Positions 8,637-12,688 of a stretch of DNA of 12,688 nucleotides are shown piece by piece. The translations under genes and the position numbers were made by a program. The notes below the pieces were generated by a model. It did no database searches and had not been told where the DNA came from. It worked only from the letters and a program-made list of their open reading frames with translations. Source of the stretch: Planctomycetota bacterium (GTDB lineage Bacteria > Planctomycetota > UBA8108 > UBA1146); NCBI GenBank assembly GCA_036338595.1, contig JAYZBV010000103.1, forward strand, positions 1 to 12,688, read 5' to 3'. The first letter of the stretch is position 1. Every line of letters starts with the position of its first letter.

Positions 8637-8763
8637 GCGCGATTGGGATCTCCTCATATCCCGCGCGACTCCCGCCGCAGTCGCAGAGCGGCGGATCAAC
8701 GCCAGAACCTCGTGATCTGTGGAGAGCCAACGAGTAGCATGGATGCTGATTCGTTTGACGTCA
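8637..8763 (+). other. Highly structured intergenic segment, candidate cis-regulatory RNA
   Basis: Stems at 8637-8666, 8665-8670/8679-8684, 8672-8678/8688-8694 and 8729-8755, plus a TGACGTCA palindrome at 8756-8763. No known RNA family recognised. Confidence 0.3.
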
Positions 8764-8793
8764 GTGACCATCTAGATCGAAGGAGCAGCAGTC

Positions 8794-8898
8794 ATGGCCA
8801 ATAAGGGCAACAAGGACAAGAAGCGCGAGACACAGAAGAAGTCCGCTCTGACTCTGAAGGAGAAAAGGAAACTGAAGAAGGAAAAGAAGCTGAAGTAA
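8794..8898 (+). CDS. Small lysine-rich protein, 34 aa (MANKGNKDKKRETQKKSALTLKEKRKLKKEKKLK)
   Basis: AAGGAG RBS 8 nt before the ATG. 14 Lys and 2 Arg, with strong use of the AAG codon. Stops 8 nt before the next ATG. Too short for the supplied ORF track. Confidence 0.8.
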   Translation: MANKGNKDKKRETQKKSALTLKEKRKLKKEKKLK

Positions 8899-8906
8899 CA
8901 GCCCTC

Positions 8907-9104
8907 ATGAACGACCTGCCCACGCATCGTTCATTCATCCACTCCGTCGGCCTCGGGTTCACCGCACTGGGGCTGACCGGTACGACTCTCGGTCAAGAGA
9001 AGCCGATCCAGGGCTTCGATGACACTGCGGCCGAAGCTGACTTATCGAAACAGTGGAAGCCTGTTTCCGACCGCAAGATCCGGGTCGGCATCGTCGGATA
9101 TGGC
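8907..9104 (+). pseudogene. N-terminal remnant of a Tat-exported Gfo/Idh/MocA oxidoreductase, in frame with the Kelch domain
   Basis: Degenerate Tat motif THRSFI (TRRSFI expected) and a hydrophobic stretch, then WKPVSDRKIRVGIVGYG (first Rossmann strand and start of the glycine loop). The Rossmann fold stops abruptly there. Confidence 0.65.
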
Positions 9105-10145
9105 GCCCACCGGTCGCCATGCCAGGGGTGGTTGTTCCTTCTCCTTTTCATTGGCCTCCTCGGTTGTGCGATTCCCGATCGAATCCCTTGGGAATTGCTC
9201 GATGTAAAGACCGAGGGGCCCCATGTGGAGTCGGCGATGGTCTGGGAGCCGGCGCGGGGCGTCTTCGTTCTCCATGGAGGGCGAAATAGAAACTGGGACA
9301 TGCGGCCGGAGACCTGGGAATGGTTTCCGGATTCCGATGCGTGGCACTTGGTCACCGATGCCTCCCAGCTGAATCCAGGTGCTCGCACCTCGCACGCGAT
9401 GGTTTGGGATTCGGCTCGGGAAAGGACGATTCTTTTCGGAGGAACAGACCTCGATCGCGACTTCGCCGACACCTGGGCCTTTGACGGTTCCACTTCCCGG
9501 TGGGTGCGTTTGGATACGTCGGGGAACCCACCGCCTCGGTCTCAACACGGCATGATTTATGACCCGGTCACCGACCAGGTGATCCTTTTCGGCGGACGAG
9601 GGGTAAACCAGGAGCGTCTCCACGACACCTGGCTGCTGAACCTGGCCACCCTGGAATGGATCCAGCCTGCCTCGACGAATGCTGCCCCTCATCCTCAAGC
9701 ACGCGACCATGTTCAGATGGCTCGCGACTCCCTCACCGGCATCATCGTGATGCGTGGATCTTCCCTGGGACCGGGGCTCCCCGATGAGACGTGGCACTTC
9801 GACGCCCACGCCCGAAGTTGGAGCCTCGCGCAGACCAACCAAGAGCCTCAGGAAATGGGCCATGGCTTCCTGCGCTCGGTTGAGCGGCTGGGCGGTCTTG
9901 TGTTGTTCGGGTTCCACGGCTCCTGGGATACGTCAGGAGGATATTCACCGCAGACCTGGGTGTACCGGCCACAAGCGGAGGCCTGGACCCTATTGCAAGC
10001 CAGAGGAGAGCAGCCGGAGAGTCCGATGGATCACGGTCAGGCAGCCTCGGACGGTCAGCACCTCTTTCTGCTGGGAGGATTTGGCGGCGATGATGTGCCG
10101 CCAGATGCCGGTCTGACTCCACGAGGGGCGATGTGGAAGTTGTAG
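8907..10145 (+). CDS. Kelch-repeat six-bladed beta-propeller protein with an internal lipoprotein signal (chimeric ORF)
   Basis: Six repeats of P.AR..HAM..D......LFGG.....DTW.......W, e.g. PGARTSHAMVWDSARERTILFGG and PPPRSQHGMIYDPVTDQVILFGG. Internal WLFLLLFIGLLGC lipobox with the Cys codon at 9165-9167. True start uncertain. Confidence 0.82.
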   Translation: MNDLPTHRSFIHSVGLGFTALGLTGTTLGQEKPIQGFDDTAAEADLSKQWKPVSDRKIRVGIVGYGAHRSPCQGWLFLLLFIGLLGCAIPDRIPWELLDVKTEGPHVESAMVWEPARGVFVLHGGRNRNWDMRPETWEWFPDSDAWHLVTDASQLNPGARTSHAMVWDSARERTILFGGTDLDRDFADTWAFDGSTSRWVRLDTSGNPPPRSQHGMIYDPVTDQVILFGGRGVNQERLHDTWLLNLATLEWIQPASTNAAPHPQARDHVQMARDSLTGIIVMRGSSLGPGLPDETWHFDAHARSWSLAQTNQEPQEMGHGFLRSVERLGGLVLFGFHGSWDTSGGYSPQTWVYRPQAEAWTLLQARGEQPESPMDHGQAASDGQHLFLLGGFGGDDVPPDAGLTPRGAMWKL

Positions 10146-10188
10146 ATGTGCTCCGGAGGACCTCCAACCTCGTACGAGGCGATCCGGG

Positions 10189-10395
10189 TCACCTGGCGAG
10201 AAGGCTGCGGATGATTGCGTTGCCACCGATGAGCACAAGGATCGGTCCCAAGATCCAGCCGGCCCCCCACAGGAAGTCCGGCATGTCGCTTCGCATCGCT
10301 AGATAAGCAGAAACAGTCACCAGCGCCCCGACCGAGAAAAGAAGCAGCCCCGTGAGCGCGTCCTTGCGCTGCCATCGCTCGTTGGATTCGTTCAA
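10189..10395 (-). CDS. Small hypothetical membrane protein, two TM helices
   Basis: TTG start with a strong AAAGGAGG RBS 7 nt upstream. Two hydrophobic segments, LTGLLLFSVGALVTVSAYLAM and FLWGAGWILGPILVLIGG. Confidence 0.72.
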   Translation of the reverse strand: MNESNERWQRKDALTGLLLFSVGALVTVSAYLAMRSDMPDFLWGAGWILGPILVLIGGNAIIRSLLAR

Positions 10396-10465
10396 GAAAG
10401 AGCCTCCTTTGCGTCCGCTGTCCGTCGCAGTGGCGGTGTTCGATTTGTTGTGGCAAGTAGCACGG

Positions 10466-10777
10466 CTACAGCCGCTTGCTCAAGGGTTGGACCACTCCGT
10501 AAGTACAGCCACCGAGTATCGCTCCAACAAAGCACATCGCCATTGTCCCCGAGGCCATCGATGCATAGCGAGCGACTTGGTGGCTCATCCCAGAGGACTT
10601 GCATTGCCCGTAGAATTCGTAGCCAACCACCCGACCCGGGTATGTGATGGTATTGAACCACAGCGGTATGTCCCTCAGAAATCCATCTCCGTAGAGGAGA
10701 ATGAAAACGAGCGAGGTGAACAAGCCGATGCCGGCACCGATGCTCAGGTAGAGTTCAGCCGAGCTCTCCTGGTTCAT
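10466..10777 (-). CDS. Small hypothetical membrane protein, two TM helices
   Basis: ATG with AAGGA RBS. Hydrophobic segments LYLSIGAGIGLFTSLVFILLY and MAMCFVGAILGGCTYGVV. Co-oriented with its neighbours. Confidence 0.65.
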   Translation of the reverse strand: MNQESSAELYLSIGAGIGLFTSLVFILLYGDGFLRDIPLWFNTITYPGRVVGYEFYGQCKSSGMSHQVARYASMASGTMAMCFVGAILGGCTYGVVQPLSKRL

Positions 10778-10911
10778 GGATTCCTTCTGAGGGAGTTTCG
10801 TCCTTCGCTGTCCTTGGCCATGAGGTCCCCCCAGTGGCAGCTTCCCTGAAGAGTCGGGCAGTTACCTTCGACGGGTAGAAGTCGCAAGGCTCACGATGGC
10901 GTCTTGCAACG

Positions 10912-12606
10912 CTATGGTTGCGCTGCCGCACTGCGAACATAGACTCTCGGCCTGGCAACCGATTTCTCGCTGTTTCCAAGTTCTTCTGCAGCAAGAGTGG
11001 CCGCTATTGCGTAGATGGAATCCGGGTATTTGTCGGCGATCCTGGCCAGAGACTTCTGAATTGATTTCACCGTGCGATCGTCACGCGGCTGCTTCGATTT
11101 CGCCTCGAACTTCATCAGATTCTCGATGTATCGATAGAACTTCTTGCCCGCTGCGATATCCGTTCTGGTCCCGGAGGATTTGAGCTGCTGTGCCAGATCG
11201 CCCGCTGCCGAGTCGTAGATATCGATTCCAGCGTACTTCTTTTGTAGATCAGGAATGATGAGACTCAGTGCGTACACATCATCGATCTTCTTCAGCGCAG
11301 TGACATCCGTGACCGCAGATCTCAGATCGCCCATCAACTCGCCATCGATGACGCCAAACACGAGCGCTCGGTTCTCGGCGATCTCGCTGCCGACCTCGGT
11401 GGCATCATCCTCGGCGAGTTGTTTCTCGAGTTGTTTGAGACACACATAGGCTGCCACGTAGTCTTTTTTCTTGAGCGCTTGATAAGCCGGTGTCGTGACA
11501 TCATCCAGGTAGGGCTTGAGTTTTTTGAAGGAGACAGTCTTGGTGCCCAACAGTTCGGCCATCGCCTGACCCATCGCCTCCCCGATGTCCATGTAGGTCT
11601 CGGCGTTGCCACCATAGTGGCCGTTGGAGGCGCCGCCATGACAGAATGGCTTGCTGTACACGGTCGCAACGTTGCCCTTGAACTGCCTGTACTTGCCAGT
11701 CCTTCCGTCGACCGCGAGCTGGGCATCGAGGATCTGCCCTTCGGCGCCACCGGCTCCTTTGCCAGTCTGACCGAGCGTGGCACACACAAACTTCGCATCT
11801 GGCGCCCCGAAATCTCTGCGCAGTTGCTCGATCAACTGCACCAGATTCTGCTCGTAGCGGCTGGCATGTACGGCGTTGTAGCGATCCTTGTCGCCCTGCC
11901 ACCAGAAGAACCCCGCGATCTCGTAGCGCTTCGCCCCAGGGTAATACCTGTCCAGCTCAGCCAGCACCCTCTTCGCATTGGCGATATCGCCGTCGTACTG
12001 GACGCCGGCGTACCAGCCGATCGCCTTGGGCGTTTCGCCCTTCTTCCACTTGTCAGGCGAATCCTTGTACCCGGCATAGATCATGCCGTCCTGTTCGAAG
12101 CGCTGGGAGCCCGGTGGCAGCAGATCCCAGCCGAGACTTCGATTGCCGATGCAACTCTTGAGGATGAGCACCGGAGCATCGGTGACCTGCCCCACGTGAT
12201 GCCCGATGCCGATCTCGGGGCCGATGTTGCTGTTCGTGATGGTCATCCACTCGTTGTTGAAGGACTTCATGTTGCCAGCGCCGCTCCCCATGACGCGAGC
12301 ATTGCGGACATCCTTGCGCACGGTCCAGTCGCCAGCGTCGTCGACGAGGTAGGGGTACTTGCCCTTCTCCTTGACCGCGTGCGTCAGGGAGCCTGGCTTG
12401 TCAGCAGCGCCGATTTTACCGAAGCCCAGCATGTTGGACTGACCAAGCAATATGAACACCTGGACCGGTTTGGACATGTTCGCGGGCCTGCCATCGGGAT
12501 CGGGCAGTGGCTTCGGCGTGTCCGCGACAAGAACGGAGAAGGTCAATACCGTCATCAGTACAGCGGTCAGGCCTGAAACGGTCTTCGCCCGGGTTCTCTT
12601 GTCCAT
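10912..12606 (-). CDS. Sialate O-acetylesterase-like (SASA/DUF303, SGNH) protein with a C-terminal helical domain
   Basis: AAAGGAG RBS and signal peptide. SASA blocks VFILLGQSNM (catalytic Ser), IGPEIGIG, ILKSCIGNRSL, FFWWQGDKD, YEQNLVQLIEQLRRDF and SNGHY. About 210 additional C-terminal residues. Confidence 0.87.
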   Translation of the reverse strand: MDKRTRAKTVSGLTAVLMTVLTFSVLVADTPKPLPDPDGRPANMSKPVQVFILLGQSNMLGFGKIGAADKPGSLTHAVKEKGKYPYLVDDAGDWTVRKDVRNARVMGSGAGNMKSFNNEWMTITNSNIGPEIGIGHHVGQVTDAPVLILKSCIGNRSLGWDLLPPGSQRFEQDGMIYAGYKDSPDKWKKGETPKAIGWYAGVQYDGDIANAKRVLAELDRYYPGAKRYEIAGFFWWQGDKDRYNAVHASRYEQNLVQLIEQLRRDFGAPDAKFVCATLGQTGKGAGGAEGQILDAQLAVDGRTGKYRQFKGNVATVYSKPFCHGGASNGHYGGNAETYMDIGEAMGQAMAELLGTKTVSFKKLKPYLDDVTTPAYQALKKKDYVAAYVCLKQLEKQLAEDDATEVGSEIAENRALVFGVIDGELMGDLRSAVTDVTALKKIDDVYALSLIIPDLQKKYAGIDIYDSAAGDLAQQLKSSGTRTDIAAGKKFYRYIENLMKFEAKSKQPRDDRTVKSIQKSLARIADKYPDSIYAIAATLAAEELGNSEKSVARPRVYVRSAAAQP

Positions 12607-12688
12607 GAATCGCTCCTTTTTATTGAGTATTGAGGGTGGTGATTGTCACCGGCCCTCCGCGTCGACTCAATGCCGGAGCCTACCTCCG

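Noticed and set aside
9042..9917. 291-aa minus-strand ORF
   Set aside because: Antisense to the clearly patterned Kelch repeats.
10151..10179. Short palindromes (CTCCGGAG, GGAGGACCTCC, CCTCGTACGAGG) between convergent genes
   Set aside because: Stems are short with no U-tract, too weak to call a terminator or repeat element.
10352..10849. 165-aa + strand ORF
   Set aside because: Overlaps two minus-strand membrane-protein genes that have better RBSs and coherent hydrophobic patterns.
10790..10880. Hammerhead-like fragments (CTGAAGA-GTCG...CGAC on +, GGACGAAAC on -)
   Set aside because: The + strand stem is followed by GGGT rather than GAAA, and the two core halves lie on opposite strands, so no ribozyme core can form.
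11419..12576. 385-aa + strand ORF
   Set aside because: Antisense shadow of the SASA gene with no domain features.
1..12688. CRISPR array, tRNA/rRNA, IS element or integrase
   Set aside because: No regularly spaced direct repeats, RNA-gene signatures, or transposase/recombinase motifs were found by eye.

Overview
Bacterial DNA of moderately high GC; the protein families suggest a Planctomycetota/PVC-type genome (inference). Left half: a minus-strand PGM1-like ATP-grasp ligase sits divergent from a phosphate-uptake operon (OprO/OprP porin, DUF47/TIGR00153 regulator, Pit transporter, EEP-family lipoprotein). Right half: a mosaic accessory region of exported proteins, namely a ~708-aa protein with a cryptic transglutaminase/PNGase-like Cys-His core and a CBM-like C-terminus, a structured intergenic segment with a possible H-type pseudoknot upstream of a 34-aa Lys-rich ORF missed by the ORF track, a chimeric ORF (Gfo/Idh/MocA N-terminal remnant fused to a Kelch lipoprotein), two small membrane proteins, and a SASA (sialate O-acetylesterase-like) protein with a helical C-terminal extension. 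No rRNA, tRNA, CRISPR array or transposase was seen. All family calls come from motif recognition by eye; no searches were run.
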